From Flavobacteriales bacterium (GTDB lineage Bacteria; Bacteroidota; Bacteroidia; Flavobacteriales_D; CAJJDF01), in contig JAHDBM010000002.1 in assembly GCA_020630395.1 (NCBI GenBank), positions 20,234-84,233 on the forward strand: a stretch of 64,000 bases of DNA, in the 5' to 3' direction. Under the pieces are notes generated by a model, which searched no databases, had not been told where the DNA came from, and saw only the letters and a program-made list of their open reading frames with translations. Of the stretch, positions 8,265 to 19,500 are shown piece by piece. Within the stretch, counting starts at the first letter, position 1, and each line of letters opens with the position of its first letter. Made by a program: the position numbers and the translations under genes.

Positions 8265-9470
8265 GTGTACACTGTATTTCTCATACCACTGCTTTTAATT
8301 AGTTTTTCACTTAAAACATTTTCTCAATATTATACACCAGCTGCTATAGCTACTATTAATCTTGGAAAGCAAGGCTATGAAGGGGATTTTTATTTAGATA
8401 CGATAAATAAACAGCATTATATTGGTTTAAGTAATGGGGAGTTAGAATTAATTAGTTTAGATTCAGTTGGAATAAGAGGAATTGTAAATGAAGAATTAGA
8501 TTCGGTTCATGGTTCTATTTTTGCAATTTGGGCTGAAGAATCTGGAGGGTTAACGGCTAATGCTTTTGAATGGTCTTATGGTAATGGAGATGAGTCTCAA
8601 GCAGCTTTTGGTGTTGGTGTTCCAGTTAAATGTGAGTTATTTGCAGTGGGAGTAATGTTGTTTAATGGAACAGCAGAAGTAGAAGTTTATAAAAATGGAA
8701 TAGCAACAGGTGCGGTATCGGGAACAGGAGGAGTTGGAACTACTATTGCTACATTAACTACTCCAATAGTATTTAATGCTGGAGATAATGTGAATTTTAG
8801 AACATTAAATACTACAGGATCTACTTCTGGGGGGAAAGCTGTTGCATGGTTTAGGATTAAAGCAAAAATCCCAACTTTTGAGAAGTTTAATGGTACAGGA
8901 GCTCCAAGTGCAACTATAGGAAATGATGGAGACGAATATCTTGATGTAGCTAGTGGAGACTTATATATTAAAGAAAGTGGAGCTTGGGGTACTCCTAAAA
9001 GAAATATAATTGGACCACCAGGAACTGTAACCAATAGGCCGGTTATACAGGTTACCAATACCTTGTCAGGTAATATAAATACTGGGAATGTTCCATTTAC
9101 ATGGGTTAATACAGCAACAGGGACCCATGTTACAAATAATGCAGGATCATTTGTAGTAGCTAATGATGGAGTGACAGTACTTAGTCCTGGTTTGTATAAG
9201 GTTACCGCTTTTCAATATCAAACATCATCAACAAGTTTGAGAAATAATGCAGCTTTACGATTTACTATAAACGGAGCTGTACAAAATGGATTTGGAGCTA
9301 ATGCGTATCAAAGAATAGGTTCAGGCCATGATGAAAGTACTGCAAGTTTTAGTAAATTAATGTTTCTAGGGTCTGGAGACAAAGTAGGAATTAGAAATGA
9401 TCGGTTAGCAGGAACAGGAACAGTAGTATGTCCCGCAGGAACGCTTACCTTCATAATTGAACAATTATAG
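8265..9470 (+). CDS. Hypothetical secreted protein with two jelly-roll-like (C1q/TNF-like) halves joined by a tail-fibre/collagen-like motif
   Basis: GTG start with signal peptide MYTVFLIPLLLISFSLKTFSQ. The central motif is GNDGDEYLDVASGDLYIKESGAWGTPKRNIIGPPGTV. The C-terminal half ends ...FSKLMFLGSGDKVGIRN...GTLTFIIEQL. Confidence 0.55.
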   Translation: MYTVFLIPLLLISFSLKTFSQYYTPAAIATINLGKQGYEGDFYLDTINKQHYIGLSNGELELISLDSVGIRGIVNEELDSVHGSIFAIWAEESGGLTANAFEWSYGNGDESQAAFGVGVPVKCELFAVGVMLFNGTAEVEVYKNGIATGAVSGTGGVGTTIATLTTPIVFNAGDNVNFRTLNTTGSTSGGKAVAWFRIKAKIPTFEKFNGTGAPSATIGNDGDEYLDVASGDLYIKESGAWGTPKRNIIGPPGTVTNRPVIQVTNTLSGNINTGNVPFTWVNTATGTHVTNNAGSFVVANDGVTVLSPGLYKVTAFQYQTSSTSLRNNAALRFTINGAVQNGFGANAYQRIGSGHDESTASFSKLMFLGSGDKVGIRNDRLAGTGTVVCPAGTLTFIIEQL

Positions 9471-9476
9471 AAAAGG

Positions 9477-10022
9477 ATGGAATTTATTAAAACAAAGATA
9501 GAGGGTTTATTTATTATTGAACCAAGGGTTTTTGGAGATGAGAGGGGGTATTTTTATGAATCTTTTCGCCAAGATATATTTAATAGAAAAGTAGGCAGAG
9601 AAGTAATGTTTGTACAGGATAATCAGTCTAAATCGGGTAAAGATATTGTTAGGGGATTACACTTTCAACATACTCCTTTTGCTCAAGGTAAATTAGTAAG
9701 AGTGTTAAGCGGTAGTGTTATTGATGTGGCAGTTGACATAAGAAAAAAATCGCCAACTTATGGAGAACATGTGTCAGTTCAGCTTACAGCCGAAAACAAA
9801 AGGATGTTTTGGATACCAGAGGGTTTTGCTCATGGTTTTTCATCACTAGAAGATGATACCGTATTTGTTTATAAATGTACTAACTATTATAATCAGGAAT
9901 CAGAAGGTTGTTTGTTATGGAATGATAAAGACCTTAATATTGATTGGCAGGTTTCTTCACCAATTATATCCGAAAAAGATAAAAAAGGAACAGAATTTTG
10001 TAATTTTGTGTCTCAATTTTAA
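9477..10022 (+). CDS. rfbC: dTDP-4-dehydrorhamnose 3,5-epimerase
   Basis: 181 aa with EPRVFGDERGYFYESF, RGLHFQ, KLVRVLSGSVIDVAVDIRKKSPTYG and WIPEGFAHGF, the canonical RmlC motifs. Confidence 0.9.
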   Translation: MEFIKTKIEGLFIIEPRVFGDERGYFYESFRQDIFNRKVGREVMFVQDNQSKSGKDIVRGLHFQHTPFAQGKLVRVLSGSVIDVAVDIRKKSPTYGEHVSVQLTAENKRMFWIPEGFAHGFSSLEDDTVFVYKCTNYYNQESEGCLLWNDKDLNIDWQVSSPIISEKDKKGTEFCNFVSQF

Positions 10023-10030
10023 TCAAATCA

Positions 10031-11074
10031 ATGTTAGTTAAAAGGTTACTGTTTATATCCTTAATATTTATTAGCGCTTCTTGTAATAACAAACAAGACG
10101 TTAAAGACGGTTCTCAAAAACCAGAGGTTAAAGATGAAATGGTAGAGCGAATGAAGCAAGGTCAGTTTAAAGATAGTCTTGAGTTATATCAACAATATAT
10201 AACAGATAATTATCAAGTATTTGCTATGCCTTTACCAAAAAATCTTGATTTATGTGGTGATATAGTGCCTTTAGATAAGCTTAATGTAAGGGATCAATTA
10301 GATAGAGAAATTCTAGTAAATACATATTGGCATTCTAACACCTTTTTATATCAAAAAAGAGCGGCAAGGTGGTTTCCAAGAATAGAAGCTATCTTAGCTG
10401 AAAACGGAGTGCCTGATGACATAAAGTACATAGCGTTAATTGAAAGTGGATTAACCAATGTAGTTTCTCCAGCTGGAGCTACTGGTTTTTGGCAATTTAT
10501 GAAAGGAACAGGCGAAGGGTATGGTTTAGAAATTAATAAATATGTTGATGAACGGTATGATTTAGAAAAGTCTACAGTTGCTGCATGTGAGTACATGAAA
10601 AAAGCATATAAAATGTTTGGCAATTGGTCGTTAGCTGCAGCTTCCTATAACATGGGTAAGGGAGGGCTTAAAAATGCATTAGAAAAACAGCAAGTAAATT
10701 CTTATTTCGATCTACATTTAAACAATGAAACATCTCGATATGTTTATCGCATATTAGCAGCAAAACTTATTTTATCAAATTCAGAAAATTTTGGGTTTAA
10801 TTTTAGACCAGAGGAATTGTATGAACCATACAGTACATATACTATTTCTGTTGATACAACAATAACAAATTTGCCTCAGTTTGCTTTAGATCAAGGCGCA
10901 AATTATCAATTATTACGATTACTTAACCCATGGATAAGAAACTATTCTATTCCAAATAAGGAAGGGAAAACATACATCATTAAGCTTCCTAAAGGAGATT
11001 TTAATGATCTTCCAAAAAGTAGTGATACAACTAAACAAATATTAGAAGAAGTTACTGATACTTCAAACGCGTAA
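10031..11074 (+). CDS. Lytic transglycosylase (SLT) domain-containing protein
   Basis: Lipoprotein-like signal (LIFISASC). SLT motifs IALIESGL, SPAGATGFWQFMKGTG and AAASYNMG. Confidence 0.8.
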   Translation: MLVKRLLFISLIFISASCNNKQDVKDGSQKPEVKDEMVERMKQGQFKDSLELYQQYITDNYQVFAMPLPKNLDLCGDIVPLDKLNVRDQLDREILVNTYWHSNTFLYQKRAARWFPRIEAILAENGVPDDIKYIALIESGLTNVVSPAGATGFWQFMKGTGEGYGLEINKYVDERYDLEKSTVAACEYMKKAYKMFGNWSLAAASYNMGKGGLKNALEKQQVNSYFDLHLNNETSRYVYRILAAKLILSNSENFGFNFRPEELYEPYSTYTISVDTTITNLPQFALDQGANYQLLRLLNPWIRNYSIPNKEGKTYIIKLPKGDFNDLPKSSDTTKQILEEVTDTSNA

Positions 11075-11076
11075 TT

Positions 11077-13890
11077 ATGGAAAATCAAACGGAGTTGTTA
11101 GAGGTATATGGAGCACGCGTTCACAACCTAAAAAATATTGATGTAAAAATACCAAGAGACCAGCTGGTTGTTATTACAGGTTTAAGTGGATCGGGTAAAT
11201 CATCTTTAGCTTTCGAAACTATTTATGCCGAAGGTCAAAGAAGATATATTGAAACGTTTTCATCTTATGCTCGACAGTTTTTAGGAAATCTAGAAAGACC
11301 AGATGTTGATAAGATAACTGGATTAAGTCCAGTAATTTCTATAGAACAAAAAACAGTAAGTAAAAACCCAAGGTCAACTGTAGGAACCATTACCGAGATT
11401 TATGATTTCTTAAGGCTGTTTTATGCTAGAGTAGCTGATGCGTATTCATATAATACGAACGAAAAAATGGTGAAGTATTCTACTTCACAAATCATTAAGT
11501 TAATTACTGAAAAATACCAAGGTAAAAAGGTGTTCTTTATGTCCCCCCTTGTAAAAGGAAGAAAAGGACATTATAAAGAACTTTTTCAAAAAATTAAAAG
11601 ACAAGGATTTATAAGAGCAAAAGTAGATGGAGAAGTAATAGAATTAATTAAAGAAATACGATTAGATCGATATAAAATACATGATATTGATATAGTTGTA
11701 GATCGCCTAGAGATTAATGCTGATAATGAAAACCGCATAAAACAATCACTAGAAGTAGCCTTTAAACATGGAAAAGGAACTATGATTGTTCAAGATCATG
11801 AAACGGGAGAGGTACAGTATTTTAGTAAGTTTTTAATGTGCCCAACAACAGGAATAGCGTACGAAGAACCAGAACCAAACCTATTTTCTTTTAATTCACC
11901 TTATGGAGCTTGTAAAAAATGTAGAGGTTTAGGTACAGTGTTAGAGATTGATATAAAAAAGATTATTCCAGACGATAAGTTATCCCTAAAAAAAGGAGCC
12001 TTGGCACCACTTGGAAAATATAAAGGGTCTTGGATATTTAGGCAAATTGAAGCTTTGTTAGAAGCGAGTGGTTATAACATTAACACTACATTTAAAGAAA
12101 TTTCAGAAGATACCGTTTCTACTATTTTATATGGTACTGATGAACAGTTTCAAATAAAAAACAATACAGGTGTAATTGAAACTTCTAATGGGTTTGAAGG
12201 AATAGCTAATTTTATTGCTAGATATAAAGATGATGCATCAGGGTCTATGCAAAGTTGGTCTAAATCATTTATGAACAGATCAGCATGTCCATCATGTGAA
12301 GGAGCCAGACTTAAAAAAGAGGCACTTTATTTTAAGCTTGATGAAAAGAATATTTATCAGTTAGCTTCAATGGACATTAAAGATCTAGCGATTTGGTTCG
12401 AAACAATAGAAACCAAATTATCATCAGATCAAAAGAAAATAGGAAAAGAAATCATTAAAGAAATTCGAGATCGAATTAGTTTTTTATTAGAGGTTGGACT
12501 TGGATATTTAACTGTAAATAGAAGTGCAGGTTCTTTATCGGGAGGAGAGGCACAAAGAATTCGTTTGGCAACTCAAATTGGGGCAGAACTAACAGGAGTC
12601 CTTTATATATTGGATGAGCCAAGTATTGGGCTTCATCAAAGAGATAACGACAGATTAATAGGATCATTAAAAAAGTTAAGAGATATAGGAAACTCTATTA
12701 TTGTAGTTGAGCATGATAAAGACATTATGTTGGAGAGCGACTATGTAATTGATATTGGTCCTGGAGCTGGAGTTAATGGAGGTGAAATATTGGTGGCAGA
12801 AAAACCAGAAGATCTTAAAAAAGTAGAATCTAATACTATTGATTACTTACTAGATCGAAAAACAATTGAAATACCTGCTTCAAGAAGAAAGGGAAATGGT
12901 GATTTTTTGACCTTAAAAGGAGCAACAGGAAATAATTTAAAAAATGTTACGCTTAAATTACCACTAGGTAATATGATATGTGTTACGGGTGTATCAGGAA
13001 GTGGAAAATCAAGTCTCATTACACAAACATTATATCCTATATTAAATGCCCATATATATAATGGAGTAAAAAAGCCATTACCTTACAAGAAGATTGAAGG
13101 ATTAGATAATATAGACAAGGTAATTGAAATCGATCAATCTCCTATTGGTAGAACACCAAGATCAAACCCTGCAACATACACCAATGTGTTTAATGATATT
13201 AGGCTGTTGTTTTCTGAGATGCCAGAAGCTAAAATAAGAGGTTATAAGCCAGGTAGGTTTTCGTTTAATGTAAAAGGAGGAAGATGTGAAGAATGTAGAG
13301 GGGCAGGTTTAAAAACAATTGAAATGAATTTTCTGCCAGATGTTCATGTAGATTGTGATGTGTGTAATACAAAACGATATAATAGGGAAACACTTGAGAT
13401 AAAATATAGAGGAAAATCTATAAATGATGTATTGTCAATGCCAATTGATGAAGCCGCTAAGTTTTTTGAAAATATCCCGAAAATTAAAAATAAGTTAGAA
13501 ACACTTTGCTCAGTAGGACTTGGTTATTTAACATTAGGACAACCATCAACAACATTATCTGGAGGAGAAGCCCAAAGAGTAAAATTATCTACAGAATTAT
13601 CTAAAAAAGATACTGGAAATACATTTTATATTTTAGATGAGCCAACAACTGGTTTGCATTTTGATGATATTAAGCAACTATTAGGAGTGTTAAATTCTCT
13701 AGTTGATAAAGGAAATTCGGTTTTGATAATTGAGCATAATATGGACGTGATTAAATCGTGCGATTACATCATTGATGTTGGTCCCGAAGGTGGAAATGCA
13801 GGAGGGGAGATACTGTTCGAAGGAACTCCAGAAAAATTGGTTGGCTGTAAAGAGAGTTTTACTGCTAAATATTTGGCAAAAGAGTTATGA
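11077..13890 (+). CDS. uvrA: Excinuclease ABC subunit A
   Basis: 937 aa with Walker [13 protein letters not shown] and [10 protein letters not shown], two LSGGEAQR signature motifs and the zinc modules CPSCEGARL and CEECRGAG. Confidence 0.95.
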   Translation: MENQTELLEVYGARVHNLKNIDVKIPRDQLVVITGLSGSGKSSLAFETIYAEGQRRYIETFSSYARQFLGNLERPDVDKITGLSPVISIEQKTVSKNPRSTVGTITEIYDFLRLFYARVADAYSYNTNEKMVKYSTSQIIKLITEKYQGKKVFFMSPLVKGRKGHYKELFQKIKRQGFIRAKVDGEVIELIKEIRLDRYKIHDIDIVVDRLEINADNENRIKQSLEVAFKHGKGTMIVQDHETGEVQYFSKFLMCPTTGIAYEEPEPNLFSFNSPYGACKKCRGLGTVLEIDIKKIIPDDKLSLKKGALAPLGKYKGSWIFRQIEALLEASGYNINTTFKEISEDTVSTILYGTDEQFQIKNNTGVIETSNGFEGIANFIARYKDDASGSMQSWSKSFMNRSACPSCEGARLKKEALYFKLDEKNIYQLASMDIKDLAIWFETIETKLSSDQKKIGKEIIKEIRDRISFLLEVGLGYLTVNRSAGSLSGGEAQRIRLATQIGAELTGVLYILDEPSIGLHQRDNDRLIGSLKKLRDIGNSIIVVEHDKDIMLESDYVIDIGPGAGVNGGEILVAEKPEDLKKVESNTIDYLLDRKTIEIPASRRKGNGDFLTLKGATGNNLKNVTLKLPLGNMICVTGVSGSGKSSLITQTLYPILNAHIYNGVKKPLPYKKIEGLDNIDKVIEIDQSPIGRTPRSNPATYTNVFNDIRLLFSEMPEAKIRGYKPGRFSFNVKGGRCEECRGAGLKTIEMNFLPDVHVDCDVCNTKRYNRETLEIKYRGKSINDVLSMPIDEAAKFFENIPKIKNKLETLCSVGLGYLTLGQPSTTLSGGEAQRVKLSTELSKKDTGNTFYILDEPTTGLHFDDIKQLLGVLNSLVDKGNSVLIIEHNMDVIKSCDYIIDVGPEGGNAGGEILFEGTPEKLVGCKESFTAKYLAKEL

Positions 13891-15956
13891 GATTAATATC
13901 CATAATGCTATTTGTGCTTCTATCTTCTGCATTAAAAGCTCAAGTTAGTGTTACATTTGATAAGTCTTTTGAAAGTGAACATTCTTCACTAGAAATTACA
14001 CTTAAAGATGTTGAGGTTTTAATTGAAAAAGCAACAACACAATTAACAGATTCAATACGTCTTAACATCCATTTTGATAGAATATTAGAATCGGAGACTA
14101 TTCGTACTCCAATAAACTATGAAGAACATAAATATATTTTAGATTATTCATTTAACACACTAACGAACTCAGCTGAATTACATGTCGAAAGTCGATCTAT
14201 TCAAGGTCTTGTGTTTGGTATATATGGATTTTTACAAGATTATTTAGGAATAAAATTTTACCATCCAAAAGAAACTCAATTCCCAATAAATAAAAAATGG
14301 GAATTGAAAAAGAGCTTTACAACTCATGCTAAACCAAAATTTCAATTAAAAGGATTTCACTTACATACTCAACACCCAATTGAACTAACGGAGTATTTGC
14401 TAGATGAAACTTGGGGTGAAAAAGGAATTTTAGAGGTTAAACATTATATTGATTGGCTAGTAAGAAATAGACAAAACTATTTTCAGTTTGTATTATTAGA
14501 AAGCGTAAAGGTTAAAAAGTGGTCGCCTTATTTTAAGCAAATTGAAGAATATGCCCATAAAAGAGGAGTTATGGTTGGTTTAGCATTATCGCTTCACTCT
14601 ATACAACAAAAAGCATATATGTTATATAATAACTGGCCAAAATCATGGTTGGGTAGGAAAAAACAAATAAGTAATAGGATAGAAAGGTTAAACAAAGAGA
14701 TTAAATGGGATTATTGGAGTGTAGATTTTAAAAAGCATGAATTTACTGAAGACAAATCACTTAAAATAGATAAATATAAAAGTCATGTGTTTAATGAGCT
14801 TCAACAATACAATGTTAGATTGGCAGAACATTATCATATCGTAGATCAGCCAGATCATTTATCTTATGCTATAGATTCATCTTATCAAAAGTTTCTTAAT
14901 GAGACAGCAGGTTTAATCCATACCGTTATGTTTTATTCTTTAACTGATGAAAAAGCACCTGTTTATGAGAATGAAAATTTTCATCACATGCTAGAAAAAT
15001 TAGAAAATTCAGTTAAAGAAAGAGAAACATGGTATTTCCCAGAAAGCGCATATTGGGTTACGTTTGATAATAGCATACCAATGACACTAACGCCATATTT
15101 ACAAGCTCGACTAGACGATATCAATACAACATCATCATTAAGAACAGATGGTCATGTAACATTTAGTTCAGGTTGGGAATGGGGATATTGGTTATTTGAT
15201 TGGAGTATAGCGAGGTGGAGTTGGGACAATCAAAAAGAACATGAATCAACCGAATACTTAAAAGAATTAGTTCCAAATAAAAATAATATTGAAATTTTTG
15301 AAGAATTAACTCAGCTACAACAAGAATATATTAAGGACAGTAACTTAATTGCTTATTTAACAGCTCAAGCCCCAACAGATGAATTGCCGAAATGGATGTT
15401 TAATAAAGAATTTCATCCAAGACCAAATATTTCATATAAAAGAATAAGAAATAGAGCGAATAAAAATGAATTACAAGAGGTAAATAGAAAGGTTCTTTTA
15501 TTAGAGAAATTTCATAGAGAAGCTATTGCGCTTACTAATAATATAACTTATAATATTGAAGATGTTGTCACATCAGAATTTACAATGGGTTTTGAAATGA
15601 CGGCATGGAGAGCAAAACATAAATCACTTATTCTTCAATACTTAGTAGAAAAGCGAACGTTATATTTTGACAGGAAGAGAAGTGACTACAGGCTAGATTC
15701 ATTGATGAGAGAAGCGATTAGTGTAAGAGAACATGCGCAACAATTAGTAAATTATCAGCAAACAAGCTATCGTTATCCAAGTATGTTAGTTGGAAGTAAA
15801 TATAAAGGTAAAACCGCATATCCTTTTGGCTATTTATATACGGTAGCCAATTTACATTTTTGGGAAAGAGAAGAAAAACAAGCAAAAAAGAATAAATACA
15901 AAGCAAAGTTCATGAATGTGTATCCCTTACTTAGGATAGCAGGGTTTATTGATTAA
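13887..15956 (+). CDS. Hypothetical secreted protein, possibly DUF4838/glycoside-hydrolase-like
   Basis: 689 aa. Its ATG overlaps the uvrA TGA (ATGA). Signal peptide [19 protein letters not shown]. The N-terminal segment GLVFGIYGFLQDYLGIKFYHP and KGFHLHTQHP resemble the GH20-N-like plus TIM-barrel layout of DUF4838 proteins. Weak call. Confidence 0.4.
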   Translation: MRLISIMLFVLLSSALKAQVSVTFDKSFESEHSSLEITLKDVEVLIEKATTQLTDSIRLNIHFDRILESETIRTPINYEEHKYILDYSFNTLTNSAELHVESRSIQGLVFGIYGFLQDYLGIKFYHPKETQFPINKKWELKKSFTTHAKPKFQLKGFHLHTQHPIELTEYLLDETWGEKGILEVKHYIDWLVRNRQNYFQFVLLESVKVKKWSPYFKQIEEYAHKRGVMVGLALSLHSIQQKAYMLYNNWPKSWLGRKKQISNRIERLNKEIKWDYWSVDFKKHEFTEDKSLKIDKYKSHVFNELQQYNVRLAEHYHIVDQPDHLSYAIDSSYQKFLNETAGLIHTVMFYSLTDEKAPVYENENFHHMLEKLENSVKERETWYFPESAYWVTFDNSIPMTLTPYLQARLDDINTTSSLRTDGHVTFSSGWEWGYWLFDWSIARWSWDNQKEHESTEYLKELVPNKNNIEIFEELTQLQQEYIKDSNLIAYLTAQAPTDELPKWMFNKEFHPRPNISYKRIRNRANKNELQEVNRKVLLLEKFHREAIALTNNITYNIEDVVTSEFTMGFEMTAWRAKHKSLILQYLVEKRTLYFDRKRSDYRLDSLMREAISVREHAQQLVNYQQTSYRYPSMLVGSKYKGKTAYPFGYLYTVANLHFWEREEKQAKKNKYKAKFMNVYPLLRIAGFID

Positions 15957-16049
15957 ACATTTCAACACTAAAATGTTACATGTTAATAAAAAATTGATAC
16001 ACACTAGCCATATTTATGCAATACATTTTTGAGATTTAAATATTGATTG

Positions 16050-16057
16050 TACTTTCG
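16050..16057 (+). promoter_or_regulatory. Candidate -7 box (TACTTTCG, one mismatch to TAnnTTTG)
   Basis: 32 nt upstream of the ATG at 16089. A TTG at 16029-16031 gives plausible -33 spacing. Confidence 0.3.
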
Positions 16058-16088
16058 TGTCAGTTATTAATCACATAAAAAAAATAAA

Positions 16089-16448
16089 ATGTCAGAAACA
16101 TTAGATCAAAACACATCAAACCAAAGTAATGGTTTAGCAACAGGAGGACTAGTTGTAGGAATTGTCTCAATAGTAGCAGGATTCTTTAGCTGGCCTGGAA
16201 TCCTAGTAGGATTAGTAGGTTTAGTATTATCTATTTTAGGTAAAAAGAAAGCAACTGAATTAAATGGTGTTGGTAAAGGTGCCGCTCAAGGTGGTTTAAT
16301 TACTAGCATTATTGGTATGGCTATTGGTCTTATTATCTTAATTTTAGCTATTATGGCAGCAGCTGCATTAGTTAATGGTATGGAGAATGGAATGAATGAT
16401 GCATTTAATGATGCAATGAGAGAGGCTATGGAAAATGCAGGTAACTAA
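16089..16448 (+). CDS. Small glycine-rich membrane protein (DUF4190-like)
   Basis: 119 aa with two long Gly/Ile/Leu-rich hydrophobic segments (GGLVVGIVSIVAGFFSWPGILVGLVGLVLSILG and GGLITSIIGMAIGLIILILAIMAAAAL). It has its own promoter-like box and terminator. Confidence 0.6.
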   Translation: MSETLDQNTSNQSNGLATGGLVVGIVSIVAGFFSWPGILVGLVGLVLSILGKKKATELNGVGKGAAQGGLITSIIGMAIGLIILILAIMAAAALVNGMENGMNDAFNDAMREAMENAGN

Positions 16449-16490
16449 TAAGTCCTGTCTATAGCTATGTAATATTTTACATAACAATAA

Positions 16491-16526
16491 AAAGCCCGTA
16501 AATTTTAAAATTTATGGGCTTTTTTA
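16491..16526 (+). terminator. Rho-independent terminator
   Basis: AAAGCCCGTAAATTTT/AAAATTTATGGGCTTT hairpin (one G-U pair) followed by a T-run. Confidence 0.8.
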
Positions 16527-16556
16527 TTTTAAATCATTTTTTTAAATAAAATGTGT

Positions 16557-16564
16557 TAACTTTG
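16557..16564 (+). promoter_or_regulatory. Candidate -7 promoter box TAACTTTG for the 1697-aa T9SS cargo gene
   Basis: Exact TAnnTTTG match, 25 nt upstream of the ATG at 16590 and directly after the preceding terminator. Confidence 0.5.
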
Positions 16565-16589
16565 CAAGAATATGCAATTTTAAAATGTT

Positions 16590-19500
16590 ATGAAGAAATT
16601 ATTATTTATTATTTTCCCTGTGCTTTTTGCAGTTTCGCATCTAAAAGCTCAGTATTTTGTTGAAGATTTTGAAAATGGGGGTGCTTTTCCTTCAGGTTGG
16701 ACGTTAACAAATGCTCCTGATGATTGGTTAATAGGAGATGGTACTAATGATGGGCCTGGAACTGTTCAGTCTGGTTCGTATTGTGCATATTTTGATGATT
16801 ACAATTATTTAGCTGGTACAACTGCTGATATGATAACACCTAGAATTGATTTAACGTTAGGTGCTAATACTGAATTAAGATTTTGGTATCATGATGGAGA
16901 TGGAACAGATAATGTTGAAGTTTTAGTTTCTACTGATAGTGTTTCATGGTCTTCTGTTTTAATAACAGCAGGAACAGTAGATCCGTGGACAGAGCAAGTA
17001 GTAGATATTTCTTCTCTTGATGGGGAAGATTCTGTTTGGATAGCATTTAGAGGAGTTAGTGTTTATGGATTTTCTAATCCTCATGTAGATAATATAACTG
17101 TTTTAGATGGACCAACATGTCCTGATGTTACATCATTATCTTCATTCTTAAACGGAACAGATTCAGCTAATTTGACTTGGTTAGCTGGTGGTGCTGATAC
17201 TGCTTGGATTGTTGAATACGATACAGCTGGATTTGCACCAGGTACAGGAATTACACTCCAAGTATCTGATGACACTACAACTTTATATGGATTAATTCAG
17301 AATACGAATTACGATTTTTATGTTAGAGGGATTTGTGGATTAGGAGATACTAGCATCTGGTCAGGGCCTTTAACTTTTTCAACTCAGGCAACATGTCCAG
17401 TTTTAACTATTCCTTATGTCTACAATGTAGGTTCCGATTCAACAGATTTAACATGGACAGCTGGTTCAAATGACACAGCCTGGATTGTTGAATATGGATT
17501 ATCAGGTTTTGCTCTAGGTACAGGTACATCTATGCAAATAGGTAATGATACGACAACTCTATTAGGCTTAACACAAGCTACAGGATATGATATATATGTG
17601 AGAGGTATTTGCGGAGCAGGAGATACATCCGTTTGGGTAGGTCCAGTTCCATTCACATCAAGATGCGCGTTTGAAGTAGCACCTTGGACAGAAACTTTTG
17701 CTATTGAAGCAGCTACGTGTTTTACAGAAACAGGATCTGAGCCTTTTGACTATGGAAGTAATGTTTCTACACCAGCTGGTTTTGCTGATTATGGAGCTGA
17801 TTTTGCTCCAGATTACACTACTGGAGGAGGAGGTACTTTTATTGGTATTGATGGTTCTGGTAATAATGATGGGGACTCAAGTGTATTAACTACTCCTTTT
17901 GTTGATATATCAGCATTGACAGTTCCAGCTTTTTCATTTGCATATTTTAGTAACAATGTAGATGATGCTGCTTTAAATAAAACCTATGTTGAATTTTATG
18001 ATGGAACTTCATGGATTCCTTTAGATACGATTCAAGCTAATCTTGGATCATCATGGGTTGTTCAAGAATATGATTTATCTGCTTACACGATTACTGGCAA
18101 TGTTCAAGCAAGAGTAGCCGTAGTTAGTGTTTCTAATGGAGGTAATATTTTTAATCATGATATTTTATTTGATGATATTTCATTCAATGAGTTAAGATCA
18201 TGTGTTGGTCCAATTGCATCAACTTCTAATGGAGTTACTGAAGATTCAGTTTATTTTGCTTGGACTGGAGATGCTACTGATAGTGCATGGGTTGTTCAGT
18301 ATGGTCAATCAGGATTTGCAATAGGAACTGGTACAACAGTTTCAGTTGGAGTAGATTCATTAAACATTGGAGGATTAGCACCAGCAACATCATATGATAT
18401 TTATGTAAGAGGGGTTTGTTCTGCAGGAGATTCAAGTGCTTGGTTTGGTCCATTAACAGTTATGACGAATTGCCCTACAGCATTTACACCTTCATATTTA
18501 CAAGATTTTGCAGTTTATGATCCGTTATGTTGGTATGAAGCTGATGCTCCAATTGCCGCATCTAATACATTAACACCTGGAACTAATGGCTGGGATGGTG
18601 TTAATTTTGGTAACGCAGGAACAAATCAATCAGCATATATTAATCTATATGATATAGTAACAGATTGGTTAGTTTCTCCTGTAATTGATTTGGGTAGTGG
18701 AACGACTAATTACCAGTTATCATTTGATGTAGCAGCAACTGCATGGAACTCAACAGTATCAGCAACCTTTGATGCAGATGATTCAGTTAGTTTAATTATT
18801 TCATTAGATAGTGGTGCTACTTTTGTCGATACAAATATTATTCATACTTGGAAAGCTGGAAATGAACCTTCTAATACTGGTGATGCTGAATTATTTAATT
18901 TGGCAGGATATACAGGTAAAGTTGCATTTGCATTCTACGCAGCATCTTCAACATTTACAACAGATTCTGATTTCTTTATAGATAATTTTTTAGTGGATAC
19001 TGCACCAGCTTGTCCAGATCCATCTTCTATTAGTTTAATTAGTACGACTCAAGATTCAGCTATTCTAACATGGGTACAGGGTTGGAGTGATAGTGCATGG
19101 ATTTTAGAATATGATACAACAGGATTTACACCAGGAACAGGAACTGTAGTAAACGCAGCAAATGATACTGCTTCAATAAATGGTTTAATATTTAGTACTA
19201 CTTATGATGTTTATCTAAGATCTATTTGTTCATCAACAGATACTTCAAACATGATAGGACCACTTACATTTACAACTAAAGATAAGTGTCCAGATCCATC
19301 TGCTATTACTGATTTATTGATAGATAGAGACTCTGCTATAATAACTTGGACTCCAGGAATATCAGATAGTATATGGTTTGTTGAATATGATACAACAGGA
19401 TTTACACCAGGAACTGGAAATGATTCTACATTAGTTAATGACACTATTACATTGTTAAACTTGTCTTTTAACACAACTTATGACTTTTATTTAAGAAGTT

